Part shown: positions 39,845 to 52,526 of the stretch, one piece after another
Numbering within the stretch: position 1 is the stretch's first letter
Layout: each line of letters starts with the position of its first letter
NCBI GenBank assembly: GCA_964016885.1
Contig: OZ024743.1
Coordinates: 239,196,001 to 239,260,000, forward strand
Direction of reading: 5' to 3'
DNA: 64,000 nucleotides
DNA from: Eledone cirrhosa
Taxonomy: Eukaryota
Notes under the pieces: model-generated
Database searches by the model: none
What the model saw: only the letters and a program-made list of their open reading frames with translations
Told to the model about the DNA's origin: nothing
Program-made: the position numbers and the translations under genes

Positions 39845-39900
39845 GGGCCGCGTCCCTCAGAGAGGAACCAGACTGGGGTCGAAAAATCAGCTAATGGTTC
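39845..39900 (+). ncRNA. Partial HDV-like ribozyme candidate at the Dong/R4 5' end
   Basis: P2-like pairing GAACCA/TGGTTC preceded by GCTAA (J4/2-like). The P3/L3 region appears too short or deleted. Confidence 0.3.
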
Positions 39901-42900
39901 AAACCTTCCCATCACTTCGGAGCTGGAGACCTCCCATAACCGGAATACTCCTACTGTTGGCCCTCCATGCTCACCACCAAGACATCCAAAGAAAAAGAGA
40001 GAAAAATGGTCAAGGGAAGATAATAAAGAAGTCCTTGAGGCTTTCTACACTGCCATGTACTACCCATCAAATACATCGAATACAGAACAGACATATATCA
40101 ACTGGAAAAAGAAACATCCCGAAAACAGAGGCTATATAGACAGTAACAAACTAGCCAATATACGAAGAAATATTGTAAGAAAAAAGTTACTAACTGATAT
40201 AGAAATTGATCAGATCAAGCTATTAGCACAAAGTCAGCGAAGGGAAAATGAAACATGTGTCAGTGAAAACGAGGTAAACTGTAACACTTCGAATCCCAGG
40301 GTTGGGGCGGAATCACTGACAACAGAACAAATTAAAGAAAGGATCGAAAAAGTGGAGGGAGAGCATGCTCAGGATGAAACTCCAAATGAAAATAATGAGA
40401 TCGTAAATGATAAAGAAATGAATGAGAATGAACTTGCCAACTTGAAGGATGAAATTATGATCGAATGGATGAAAATGAAAGAATCTGACATGGGGCAACG
40501 AGACACCCTCCCTAAAATCCAGAACTCCAAACAGAACCAAAAGATAATACACAAGACTAACATAATTCTCAAAAACATCATCATCACAAACAAACTAAAC
40601 ATTACTGATTTAAATCATATCTATTATGCATCGGCTAAAGTCACCACTCACTTATGTGGAATGAAGATGAAAAAACAAAGGAATTCCCACAAGAAATCTA
40701 CTTGGCAAGAGAACATCAATCGCCAAATAAACCTTCTCCGATCTGACATAGAAATTTTAACAAACTATAAAGTAGGTGAACATGTTAAACAAACTAAACT
40801 TAGAAAATTGAAAAAAAAGTACAGTATAAAATCAACATGTGACATAGACATGCTGATAGAAATAATCAAGCAAAAAGTGTCGGCCAAAGCTGCTCGTATA
40901 AGGCGCTTCGAAAAACGATCTAGATTCTATAAGGACAATAATATGTTCAAAAACAACCAAAGAAACTTCTACAGAAAAATTGGTAAGTCAACAATAACTG
41001 CTAAATCAATACCACCCAAGGAGGAAGTGCAAGAATTCTGGGAAAAGATCTGGGCCGAAGAAAAAGTTCATAACATACATGCCCCATGGATTGACAGACA
41101 AATGAAAGATACAGCTCACCTTGAGGAACAAATATGGGAAAATATAACAGTTGAACAGTTGCGCTTGGCTCTAAGAAAAACTAGCAAATGGAAATCAGCA
41201 GGAAAAGACAAAATACAAAACTTTTGGATAAATGCCTTCACAGAGTCTCATGAGCTGTTAGCCCAACTTTACAATGAAATAGTTAAGGAGCCAGAAAAGA
41301 TACCATCATGGCTAGTTAACGGCATTATATTCCTGCTTCCGAAGAATGATGAGACAAATAATCCCCAAAATTACAGACCGATAACTTGCTTTACCACAAT
41401 GTATACAATTTTAACATCAGTCCTAACTGAATACACATATATGACCACCTGATAACAAATGACCTATTTCCCATTGAGCAGAAAGGGTGTAAACGAGGCT
41501 CATATGGCTGTAAGGATCAGCTTCTGGTTAACAAATTGATACTGGAAGATTGTCATAATAGACACAAAAATCTATCGATTGCTTGGATAGATTATAAAAA
41601 AGCATTCGATAGTTTGCCACACAGTTGGATTGAAAAATGTTTAGAGATTTTCAAAATATCACCCGTTGTCAGGAGGTTTTTGTCATTCAGTATGAAGACA
41701 TGGAAAACGACACTCCTTTTGAATAGTGAAACAAAATCACTGGAAGCTGGAGAAGTTAATATTAATTGTGGAATTTTTCAGGGTGACTCTTTATCACCGC
41801 TTTTATTCTGCATCGCACTTATACCATTAAGTAAAATGCTCAATGAAACAAAACATGGATATAAAGTCTATGACAAAACCATTAATCACCTGTTATACAT
41901 GGATGACCTGAAACTATTTGCAAAAAATGATGAACAATTGCAAGGGCTATTATCCACTGTGGAGCAGTTCAGTGATGACATTAAAATGGAGTTTGGACTA
42001 GATAAATGCGCCAAAGCAACGTTCACCAGAGGAAAGCTGCTGAAGAGTTCAGACATTAATCTTGATCGGGGGAACGTGATAAGAGAACTTGATCAAGAAA
42101 AAACTTACAAATATCTAGGTGTTTGTGAAGGAGACGGAATCAAGCACTCGACAATGAGGGAAAGGATAAGGAAGGAATGTTATCGCAGAGTAAGAGCAAT
42201 CTTAAGAACGGAATTGAATGCAAGGAATAGGATCGATGCCATAAACACGCTTGCCATACCAGTAGTAACCTACAGTTACAATGTCATCAACTGGTCAAGC
42301 ACAGAGATCCGTAGGCTCGATACAAAAATTCGAAAATTCTTAACCATGCACAGAATGCATCACCCTAAGGCAGATATAGATAGAATATATCTCCCTAGGA
42401 AAGAAGGAGGATGTGGGTTAATCCAGTTAGACATTGCATTGAAAACTGCAACAATTGGATTATTTACATATCTAAGGGAATCACATGATTGGATGATCAA
42501 ACTCGTTTTGAAACACGAAAGCATCAAAAGATCATACTCCATTACAAAAGATGCACAAAGATACAGTAATGGACTACAAATTTCAGAAGTCCCATTTACT
42601 GCTGAAATGGAAAACACAGAAAAGGCAAAGTAGGTAAAAGTAACTGCAAAGAAAGAACTGCTACAGAAACTGGCTAAGAAATGGCAAGAAAAGCCTCTGT
42701 ATGGAAAATACCCAGAACGAGCTAACAGTCCTGATGTTGACAAAACTTTAACCCATCAGTGGTTGGCATCCTCTGGACTGAAATCGGAGACTGAAGGACT
42801 GATTATATCAGCACAAGATCAGTGTCTGCCAACAAAAAATTACCAAGCCAACATAATAAAAAATGGATGCAGCCCATTATGCCGTGTATGCAAAAAACAA

Positions 42901-43447
42901 CCAGAGACCATTGACCATATCATTTCAGTGTGCAGTCCTATAGCTCCAACCGAATACCTAAACAGGCATGATAGAGCTGCACAATACATACATTGGATAA
43001 TGTGTAAGCATTTTGACCTGCCCCATCAAAAGAAATGGTGGGAGCATCAACCACCTCCCATACTTGAAAAAGATCACATCTCAATCTTGTGGAACTTTAG
43101 CATCCAAACAGACCGAAAAATAGATGCAAATAGACCTGATATAATACTGAAGGACTTTAAAAAGAGGGTTATGCTTGCTAATTGATATGTCCGTTCCAAT
43201 AGACAAGAATGTATCTATAAAAACATTTTAACAATTGAACAAGTATAAGCACCTGGAGATAGAAATTGGAAAAATGTGGAAATTGAGAACTAAAACAATA
43301 CCAGTGGTTGTAGGCGCTCTAGGAATGATACCTAAGGGGTTTAATGATTACTTATCGCAAATCCCTGGAAACCCGCGTATAGGAGAAATACAAAAGATAG
43401 TACTAATGGGAACTGCCCATATACTAAGGAAGATTCTGTCAATATAA
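39893..43447 (+). pseudogene. RT-CCHC-RLE polyprotein with a few frameshifts/stops
   Basis: KWSREDN, WKSAGKD, NYRPITC, AWIDYKKAFDS, GIFQGDSLSP, HLLYMDDLKL, YKYLG, CRVCKKQPETIDHIISVC, RHD, NRPDIIL..ID and IPVVVGALG. Breaks near 41440, 42631 and 43170. Confidence 0.92.
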
Positions 43448-43674
43448 GTACATCACAAGTCTAAACCCCTAAAGATGCATGTGTGTGTATGTATGTATGT
43501 ATGTTATTTCTTGAACATGGCGGACCTTGTTGTCTCTTGAGGTCACTGGTTGTGACTTGGTAATAACTCGTATGAACATAAAGCAAGATAAATGCAACTA
43601 TACTACTACTACTACTACTAATAATAATAATAATGATAATAATAATTTAAAAAAAAAATTATTATTATTATTAC

Positions 43675-44312
43675 AGTAATTTATGAAGCTGTGGTCACTT
43701 CCAACCGACCAAATCAACCACACGAGGTCAAATCCTATGTGGGTATGGCTGAGGGCCGATCTAAGGAACGCTTCCTGAACCTCCAGTCGACCTTTGGGTA
43801 CTCGGACAGACGTTCATCCACGAAACTCGCGAGCCAAGTATGGTCCCTCAAAGACTCAAATATAGACTACTCCATTCAATAGAAAGCCATCACTAAGTCC
43901 AAGCCATATGCAAGGGGAAATTCGTCGTGTGGACTATGTATTGATGAACGAATAAATATTCTAAAGAGATTATGCAATAGTGATTGCCTAAACACGAGAA
44001 ATGAATTCTTCACACGTTGACCACACGTCTCGAAACACCTGTTACATAACTACAAAGCTCCGGATTGAATCACAACATTCTAATTTTCTTATCAACTAGA
44101 ACATTTTCTGACTTTCGCACTTACACCTCTCTTTTCGGACTTACACCTCTCGCACGCTTTTTAATATTGCCCGTGTGAAGTGGCGGTTTCTGCGCATGCG
44201 CGTTCGTACGGTTGTCCTTCTCGTTCCGTATAACCATGTCCATTACGAGTTGATGATCCGCTAAGGTGAAACAATTGTTCTCGGTATGGTGAACTAACTG
44301 TTGTGTAACCAC
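43675..44312 (+). mobile_element. PLE 3' fragment: GIY-YIG remnant + pLTR with hammerhead at 44246-44283
   Basis: VIYEAVV...SYVGMAEGRSKERF...STKLASQVWSLK...CGLCIDE. The HHR reads CGAG-TTGATGA-TCCGCTAAGGT-GAAAC-AATT-GTT^-CTCG. Confidence 0.85.
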
Positions 44313-44326
44313 TTATATATATATAA

Positions 44327-44937
44327 TCTCGCTAATTTATATTTGTATTAATCTCCAGAGTCTAGCTATTGACCAGTTAATTTTCTTGATTTTTTTAGTT
44401 GATTCTATTGAGTGATGAATAGCTTATGTTAACTTTAACCATTCTGTCGATAGCTTTATTCGATTTGTGATGTTTTGCATTCTTGCAATAATATACACAA
44501 CTGAATTCATTCGCCTAAAATAAGGGTTGCTTCCCTTGCTGAACTCCACGTGGGGTCAGTAATAGTCACTCCTTGAATTAGCAGTTGAACAAAAACCTGT
44601 TGATAAAGTGGCTTCCTTGTTCAATCATCTTACCAGAAGCCTAACATTATGTATGTAAGAGGACAGTACTTGATTTAGGAGTCGCAGAAACCCGAATACT
44701 GGATTTTACCAACCTTCCAGGGTTCCGGGTAAATTTTCAATCACATATATTTTTATTGTTTGACCCGAATTACTTAGTCGTTTCTTTGGCTGTGCGGATG
44801 TTTGTTTAACCATCGTCTCAGTGTGTTTGGCCTTTAACGTATGTTGTAGCTCTGGTTCATCTGAATCATCGAGCACTTGCCACACATCTCGGAAGTTGTT
44901 TTTCGTTAATTCCTAAGCCGAAATACGATTCTCGCTA

Positions 44938-44945
<8 letters not shown>
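44327..44945. repeat. About 600-bp interspersed element with terminal direct repeat TCTCGCTAATTTATAT; 3' part repeated at 50307-50518
   Basis: 16-bp repeat at both ends. About 44736-44945 is nearly identical to about 50307-50518, and both copies end in (TA)n. Confidence 0.75.
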
Positions 44946-44984
<39 letters not shown>

Positions 44985-45027
44985 TTCAAAATATTAACAA
45001 AAATAGACATTCGTGTGATCAAGTATA

Positions 45028-45090
45028 TTTTATTATACATATTTCAGAGGTACTGAGCTATCTTCAACAGTACATCCTCATCAGATAAAA
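45028..45090 (-). ncRNA. Type-I hammerhead ribozyme with canonical core, near the end of an AT-rich segment (about 44982-46370)
   Basis: TTTTAT-CTGATGA-GGATGTACTG...CAGTACCTCT-GAAAT-ATGT-ATA^-ATAAAA; about 50 nt from (TA)n. Confidence 0.75.
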
Positions 45091-46370
45091 AAGATGATGC
45101 ATGACATTCCCTGACTAAGTAGATTGTTAAAATTCAGCCATGGCAGTGAATAAGATATGACAAAACTCAATATTTATATACCTTAAGATTGACACATGAA
45201 AAAATTACATATAATACAGAGGGTGCGTGTGAGAAAGCTTATAAAGATACATAATAATAAACAACTACTAATATAATACAAACTTACATAACTGTTAGAG
45301 ATTCCAATAATTTAAATTATTGAAGAAAGAAGAAGTGAAAGACAGAGAGAGAAACAGATGAGGAAAAACAGATTTACTAGAAGTATAGAAATATATTATG
45401 CACGAAAGCAAAAGAAAATTGATTAAGGATAGAGAGCCGAGGATAAAATTATTTTTATAGTATAAAGCATAGGGAGGGATAATTATATTGTCGTGGATAA
45501 ATAGCGTATAATTAGGTGATGCAAAAATATGTATATAAATAAATATATATTTGGGCATAGCTTTGTGAAGGAATAATTTCGAATCGTTAAATTATCTAGA
45601 AATAATCAATCAATCAAAATATCAAATATATCTGGATGTAGGTTTATTTTCGAGTTCTTAAGTTAATTGGAAATAAACTATTAATCAATTATATATATCC
45701 CAACGTATCCGGATGACCGTTACATTTCGAATCATTTATGTTAGTTCAAAATAGTGAATTAATCTAAATATTTCAGGCTATAAAATGTATAAGTATTTAT
45801 ATTATTGTATAATATCATATTTAAAGTATTTAAACATGAGAAAGAAGAGACTTAATATTTTCTTCATCCCGAAGGTATTCCAAAATTAAATTATATTAAA
45901 AAAACGTTATATTAAAGAGATTTAATATTAAAAAATAATCATTATATAATTTAGAAAGTAATTACAATTATAACTTTAAAAATTTTAAATTAAAAATTAG
46001 AATGCCCTTAAGTATCCAAAGGCCTTATAATTATACTTAAAAAGGATATTATTAAACTAGATATATGCATTTGTCTAAATTTATACAAAGAGTACATTGT
46101 TTAAAGTTTAAGACGATATTAGTTGGTTATATATAATATAATAAATAAATTACTGTTAATAGTGTTAAAAATAAGGTTTTACGTCAATTATTATATTAGG
46201 ATCATGTAATACATATATACTATAACTATACAAATCAAACTTCATGAATCATAAAACATAAGACACAGATTCAAAATAAATAAATGAATGGTTTGCGATC
46301 CTATAAGTGTGAAATATATAAGCTATATAATTTAAAAATACAAGAAAATTTTGTAAACAACCTTTAAATA

Positions 46371-46410
<40 letters not shown>

Positions 46411-46417
<7 letters not shown>

Positions 46418-47186
46418 AAATAATTAAGTTAAATATTTAAAATTTGGCTTCGTTTATTAAGGTGTACTGCTATATATATTTCGGTGACAGCCATCATTGG
46501 CTGTGACCTTTTCAGGCAGTCCGAATTGGTGTGGTAGAGACAGGTACAGATGTTGTTGAGGTGTTTAACTCCGTCAATACTCGGATATGCCAAGTTCCTG
46601 GTTGGGTTGTTATTTCTCTGAGAGAAATGGTGGCAGGATGGATGCCAACCCACACACACACATTCTTCTAAACATAAAGCTGACCTGCCTACTGATCCCC
46701 TGACGCCCTAACACCAATACAAGGGAGGAGGTCAGCTATACTTCACAAAAACAACCACAACAGATTGCCTTGCCTCAGAAAAATTTCTATAGATTTTTGA
46801 CTGAGGAATGTTCTCACAACTGACCAATGGGAGGAGAGAGTTCCTTTGACACTGAAATTCGTTTGTTCGAATTCATATGATTCCAGTTCCTCAGAGAAAT
46901 AACAACCCAACCAGGAACTGGGCATATCGGAGTATTGACGGAGTTGAATACCTCAACAACATGTGTACCCGTCTCTATCAGACCAATTCGGACTGCCTGA
47001 AGAGGTCACAGCCAAGGATGGCTGTCACCGAAATATATATAGCAGTACATCTTTAATAAACGAAGCCAAATTTTAAATATTTGATTTAATTATTTTATTT
47101 TACATTACTCCGGAGTAAACAAACCAACCCGCGTACTTCGTACTTTGCTCCAATCTGCATACTGAGGTGTCGGTGAACAACTCAAT
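46411..47186. mobile_element. HHR foldback insertion
   Basis: About 46411-46622 is inverted at about 46890-47102, plus a tail. Flanked by (TA)n. Confidence 0.88.
46992..47046 (+). ncRNA. Type-I hammerhead ribozyme with canonical core
   Basis: ACTGC-CTGAAGA-GGTCACAGCCA-AGGA-TGGCTGTCACC-GAAAT-ATAT-ATA^-GCAGT. Confidence 0.85.
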
Positions 47187-47198
47187 ATATATATATAT

Positions 47199-47233
<35 letters not shown>

Positions 47234-47399
47234 GGGGTTGCTAATTTAGGGTCGGGTAAATTCCTAATAAAGCAGATACAAATATAATCTTATCCTTAGC
47301 GTGGCTGTAGTTGTTGAGATAACATTGACCATTTTAATACATAAAACAGACAATACCGAACATTCTAATTCCATCAAAAAGCTTCTTTGAAGGTATAAC

Positions 47400-47560
47400 A
47401 TTATTGTTTCTACTTAGGCACAAAGCCAGTAATTTGAAGGGGCGGGTAAATTGACCCTAGTACTTTCTGATGCTTTATTTTTTCAACCCCATAAGGATGA
47501 AAGGCAAAGTTAACCTCGGCGTGATTTTAACTCAGAACATAAAGGGCCGTAACTCGTTGC
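47400..47560 (-). mobile_element. Diverged tRNA-derived SINE
   Basis: Shares TTGTTTCTACTTAGGCACAA and GGATGAAAGGCAAAGTTAACCTCGGCG with 16672-16860. Confidence 0.7.
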
Positions 47561-47921
47561 TGCAAAGTATAAAATATTATTCACCTGTTAGTAAATGGAG
47601 TAAGTCCATTACCGATCCGGCATTGAGCAAATTTAAATGCCATCGTAGATCAACCAATCAAGAACATATTTGTATAACACGAACAACGTGACTTGTCTAA
47701 AATACCGCTAGAAATAGTTCACATATAACCTCTCTATCAACTCAACAAGCAAGGAGGAGCAAATATCACGCTGAAGGATTTTTGTCACTGATATCCAGAA
47801 AATCTCAATGTAAACACAGCTAAAATTATCCATTCAGAGAAGTGCAGCGGCGTGTAGAATTCTAGTATAACAACCGAAAATAAGCCACCGTACCATTAAT
47901 CTCGCCCTTACCATATATATA

Positions 47922-48709
47922 TTAGGGTGGCCCTTATTCTTCAACTTTCTAAAAGTTTAGTTCCCACCCCCCTTATCTTGTTTCAATCAAGGCGACCCTC
48001 ATCGACCGTGAAATTTTGAAGTTTTCGCCCGGGCGAAAATATTTTATATTTCTCCTTGCTCCCCTTTTCTCAATGTACAAGTACATAAATACAAGGAGAA
48101 AGGGAGTGCAAGGCTGAAAGGGGAGCAAGGAGAGCAATGAGAAAAGGAGAGTAATGAGAGCAAGGAGAGAAAGGAGAAAAAACGGCAGGAGGCAGGGAGG
48201 AAGGGAAGAAGGGGGAGAGGGGGTATTGGGGGAAGGGGATGAGAGGGAGTCGAGGGGAAAGGGGAGGAAGGGGTGGAAATGGACGTAGGATATGAAGGTG
48301 GAAGGGTAGGAAGGAAGGATGGGGAGGTGGAGATAGAGGAGGAAGAATAAGAATTGGATGATGAGGAGGAGAGGAGCATATTTACATATATCAGTATGTG
48401 GTTATATGTACAATCTATATATAACCTCATATAATAATTGTTTCTACTTTTGGCACAAGGCCAGCAATGTAACCAGTCTATTACTGGTGAAGAAAGAAAG
48501 AAAGAAAATGGTTGAGATAGGGAACAGTATACCGCTTTTACACAGAATTAATCGTTGCGTATACTATGTTCCAACTTCAAGGCGTTTGAGGGTCGCCTAA
48601 CAGTTGTCCGATTGTGCTGAAATGTTGCACAGCCCGTTGTTTTGCATTGCACACCCCGTTGTTCTGTTTTAACTTTCGGAAAATTACCTAATGCTAAGGG
48701 CCACCCTAA
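47922..48709. mobile_element. Non-autonomous TIR DNA transposon (MITE-like)
   Basis: Perfect terminal inverted repeat TTAGGGTGGCCCTTA / TAAGGGCCACCCTAA flanked by TA runs; no transposase. Confidence 0.7.
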
Positions 48710-48806
48710 TATATATATATATATATATATTATATTTAGCTCTGTAACTTACATAGAGCACTCTTCACTCCTATGACTTTTTCAATTTTCAACGGAAACT
48801 TCAATA

Positions 48807-48885
<79 letters not shown>

Positions 48886-49541
48886 TATACTGTATATATG
48901 TGTGTGTGTATGTGTGTGCGGTCTCTGCTTTTAATGGTTATATTCTTTAAAACAAATAACATTTATATTGAGGTATAAAGAAAATTAAATAAATATATCA
49001 AGCAATATTTATTATGGTAGTTACTTTCGGTGAAAGTTTTTATATAACAAATATACCTTATATAATGGCGAAACAATTATAAAATATTCTACCACTTTCT
49101 AGCTAGTTGTATTACTAAAGCCAATGAAGTTAATATATATTTTGTAGCTTTGGTGCCATTTGATGTGTGTGCCTGAGTGAGTGGCTCGTATGATATTGTT
49201 TCGGTAAAAGTATCTTAATATTTTAAAGTATGTTCGATTAAAATATTTTAACGTTTTAAATATTCTGTCTGTATAAGTAGCGATTAGCCAGTTAGATGTT
49301 AGAGCATGATTCAGAAGTGCAAAGCTAAAATGGTTCTTTTATTGTAGTGTGAAGTTCTATAAAGCACAAGATCTTTCATTTTGTAGTCTAAATTATAATG
49401 CGACAAGTGCATTTTTATTTTGCTATTCTGGCTGTACTGCGATATGTATGCTTCTCTATACTGATTTGCTCTTCCGTGCGTTACTAAAACTTAAATGGAA
49501 TTGGCGTTAATCCGACATAAAAATTTGGTATTTAACTTTAG

Positions 49542-49607
49542 CACAGAAAATCCCAGGAGAGTTAAACTTCAGCAAAAACTATTGTTTCTTTAAGCAATTA
49601 GATGAAG
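49542..49607 (+). other. Possible isolated 66-nt host exon
   Basis: TTTAACTTTAG acceptor and AAG|GTTAGT donor, with an open phase-1 frame QKIPGELNFSKNYCFFKQLDE in apparently non-repetitive DNA. No homology recognised. Confidence 0.2.
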
Positions 49608-49945
49608 GTTAGTTGCTAGGTCATATATAATACATAAGCTTTCTTTAAAATGAAATACATAGGAATATATATTCTAAAGACCTACAGTGCAATATTTTCA
49701 ATCAAAACATTTATTACCCCTTTGTATCATAAAATACTGTAATCCATTCACTGTTGCTTCTCAGTTAAAAGTTTTTCGAAGCCAATAGAAAATATATTTA
49801 AACTATTAGTATAAATTATATAACGTATAAATGTTATTCTTATTTTGACCCGTTATAATAATTTGTGAAACTTCAATGCCATAATCATTCGCTTAATTTA
49901 GTCAATTTAGCTTTATTTCTATCCTTTTATACTCCATATATATAG

Positions 49946-50065
<120 letters not shown>

Positions 50066-50253
50066 ATGTGTAGTAATATTAATGTTGAGGAGTAGAAACG
50101 AGGTGTCTAAATACATTACGTATCTTCATGTGTGACGCGCTTTTCGCGATCGCTCAGCTCAAGGTACAATCAATATCGATAGCGTATGACTCTGGAATCA
50201 ATAGCGCTTATCAGACTCGTGGTTTCCTTTCCTTAATGATGGGAGAAACCTAC

Positions 50254-50300
<47 letters not shown>

Positions 50301-50511
50301 CATATATTTTCAATCACATATATTTTTATTTGTTTGACCCGAATTACTTGGTCGTTTCTTTGGCTATGCGGATGATTGTTTAACCATCGTCTCAGTGTGT
50401 TTGGCCTTTAACGTATGTTGTAACTCTGGTTCATCTGAATCATTGAGCGCTTGCCACACATCTCGGAAGTTGTTTTTCGTTAATTCCTAAGCCGAAATAC
50501 GATTCTCGCTA

Positions 50512-50554
<43 letters not shown>

Positions 50555-50558
<4 letters not shown>

Positions 50559-50748
50559 AAGAAGTATGACCCCGATGGCAGAACTCAAGCCGTCTCGACG
50601 GCTATTTCAGCCCAGCAATAGCCGTCGAAACGGCTTGAGCTCTGCCGTCGGGGTCATACTTTTTCCTATTACCCTCTCTACTACCCTAAGTATTGAGTAC
50701 TCTGGTGCGTTATGGTCCATCTGGTTCCTTACCACAACTCCTTCGTTA
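50555..50748. mobile_element. Minimal foldback containing only the 3' half of a hammerhead, plus tail
   Basis: About 50555-50612 is inverted at about 50617-50668, with GAAAC-GGC-TTGAGCTCT-GCC-GTC. The tail GCGTTATGGTCCATCTGGTTCCTTACCAC also occurs alone at about 33344-33386. Confidence 0.75.
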
Positions 50749-50766
50749 TATATATATATATATATT

Positions 50767-51380
50767 CAGGTTTGAGGTTCACCACTGTATAGAGCTGGTC
50801 TATTCCGTATGGTCAATCGTAATGCAATAATATAGAGAGTACTCAACGTAAGGCAGTTCAACCGTCTTTGTTTTTGTAGTTGGTGGTGCTATTACGGAGT
50901 TAAATATTATAATGAAATGACAGGAGGCTGGATTTGTGTGAATCCTTGAAAGGTTTATTATACTATGATCATTTCAATGACCAGGTTCCGTATGAATCCG
51001 GTGATATCATCAGGTATTCGAAATATAATACGTGAATGTAATAGATAAAATCCATGGGGCTGAAAATCGAGGACCCGAGGGTGACCGCTATTCTGTTCCT
51101 TCAACCTCAGATGTATCACAGCATTATCATTAAAGGACTTTAGCATCTGAAACTACTCAACCTCCAGGGCGACCGGCTGAGTTTGAAGGAACAGAATAGC
51201 GGTCGCCCTCGGGTCCCCGATTTTCAGCCCCATGGATTTTATCTATTACATTCACGTATTATATTTCGAATACCTGATGATATCATCGGATTCATACGGA
51301 ACCTGGTCATTGAAATGATCATAGTATAATAAACCTTTCAAGGATTCACAAAAATCCAGCCTCCTGTCATTTCATTATTA
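50767..51380. mobile_element. HHR foldback insertion with templated apex
   Basis: About 50908-51110 is inverted at about 51177-51378. The HHR at 51270-51327 reads ATAC-CTGATGA-...-GAAAT-GATC-ATA^-GTAT. Confidence 0.88.
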
Positions 51381-51411
<31 letters not shown>

Positions 51412-51625
51412 CGAATAAGAAGTTTCAGATGTTAAATCCCTTTAATGATAATGCTGTGATACATATTTCAATGACGTCATTGAAATATGTATCACAGCAT
51501 TATCATTAAAGGACTTTAGCATCTGAAACTATTTCGTTTTTCTTATTCGATATATACTCCGTCGCTCCTATGTGGAAAAAGTACGTTGAGTGCTTGAATT
51601 GAATTGCATCAATGTTTACCTTAAG
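51412..51625. mobile_element. Spacer-less palindromic foldback (centre GACGTC, about 51473-51478), family of 33731-35065
   Basis: The arms contain GAAAT-ATGT-ATC^-ACAGC. The right arm continues in sequence matching the reverse complement of about 34938-35065. Confidence 0.82.
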
Positions 51626-51656
51626 TATGTATATATATATATATATATATATGTCA

Positions 51657-51734
51657 GGTCACTCTCGAGTGCTACTGGTAACATGTAGCCCAGTACAACC
51701 TGTCGCATGGCCGGGTCGTCGATGACTAAACCGG
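51657..51734 (+). ncRNA. HDV-like ribozyme candidate (possible retroelement 5' end)
   Basis: The order P1 GGTCA ... P2 CCAGT, CC-containing loop, P1' TGGCC, GG, short P4, CTAA, P2' ACCGG fits HDV topology with mismatches. Confidence 0.35.
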
Positions 51735-52526
51735 CAACCCCACCAGGTTTACAAGAACTCGTAAAAGAAAAGAATAATCCTGCCAAATCAATGGGTGGCA
51801 GGCAGTAGTTCCAGCTGCACGCATCGAAAGACTGGTGTAGTGGTTCTTATATATATTGATATATATTTATCCTTATCGAGCCCTCTTTGGATTTTAGTCT
51901 TCAAATTTATTATTATTACTATATATATATATATATATTTCAAATTAAAAGATATATGAACATATCTAGAGCGCATTAGCCATATATCGTTTGAAAAACA
52001 CATAGTATTTTCTACTATTTAGGAAAAAATACGTACTTCACGATTGAAAACTTTCCTAATGATACCATTTCATGATTGGAAACCATAACAAAAATTGATC
52101 TAAGCAATCAATCATTGATCACTAACTATTGCTTTTCGTAACACTACAAGAGACGCGAATCAATCATTAACAGAATTTGCTCTTTGAATAAAGTTCCAAG
52201 AAAGTATAGAGTAGAAAATACTTTTATATCTGTCGTGATCCAAGCGTTAGGTCAACACGATAGACAGTATGGTGTAAGAACTTTCTCACTGTGACGGCAG
52301 ATATAAACAAGATTGGACGTCATAACCGCTAGAAATATGTGCGAAGTCTTAGTCACAGTGTGTATCACAAGATATATAATATGTATGATGCTTGTGTTTC
52401 TCAGTAGAAACGCCCAGCGCATCAATAATTCAAATTAAAAGATATATGTATAGAGAGAGAAAGAGCCGTATAACGTTTGAGAAATATATAGAGCTTTGTA
52501 CATATATATATATATATATATCATTA

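Larger units (their letters stand above)
39836..43600 (+). mobile_element. Near full-length Dong/R4-type non-LTR retrotransposon in (TAA)n
   Basis: Single long ORF with RT, CCHC and restriction-like endonuclease. Preceded by (AAT)n and followed by (TAC)n(TAA)n. Confidence 0.9.

Noticed and set aside
44018-44020. In-frame TGA at a conserved Cys of the GIY-YIG remnant (TR*PH versus SRCSH), suggesting selenocysteine
   Set aside because: The same fragment also has TAG at a conserved Trp (about 43880), so ordinary decay is the simpler explanation. No convincing SECIS was seen.
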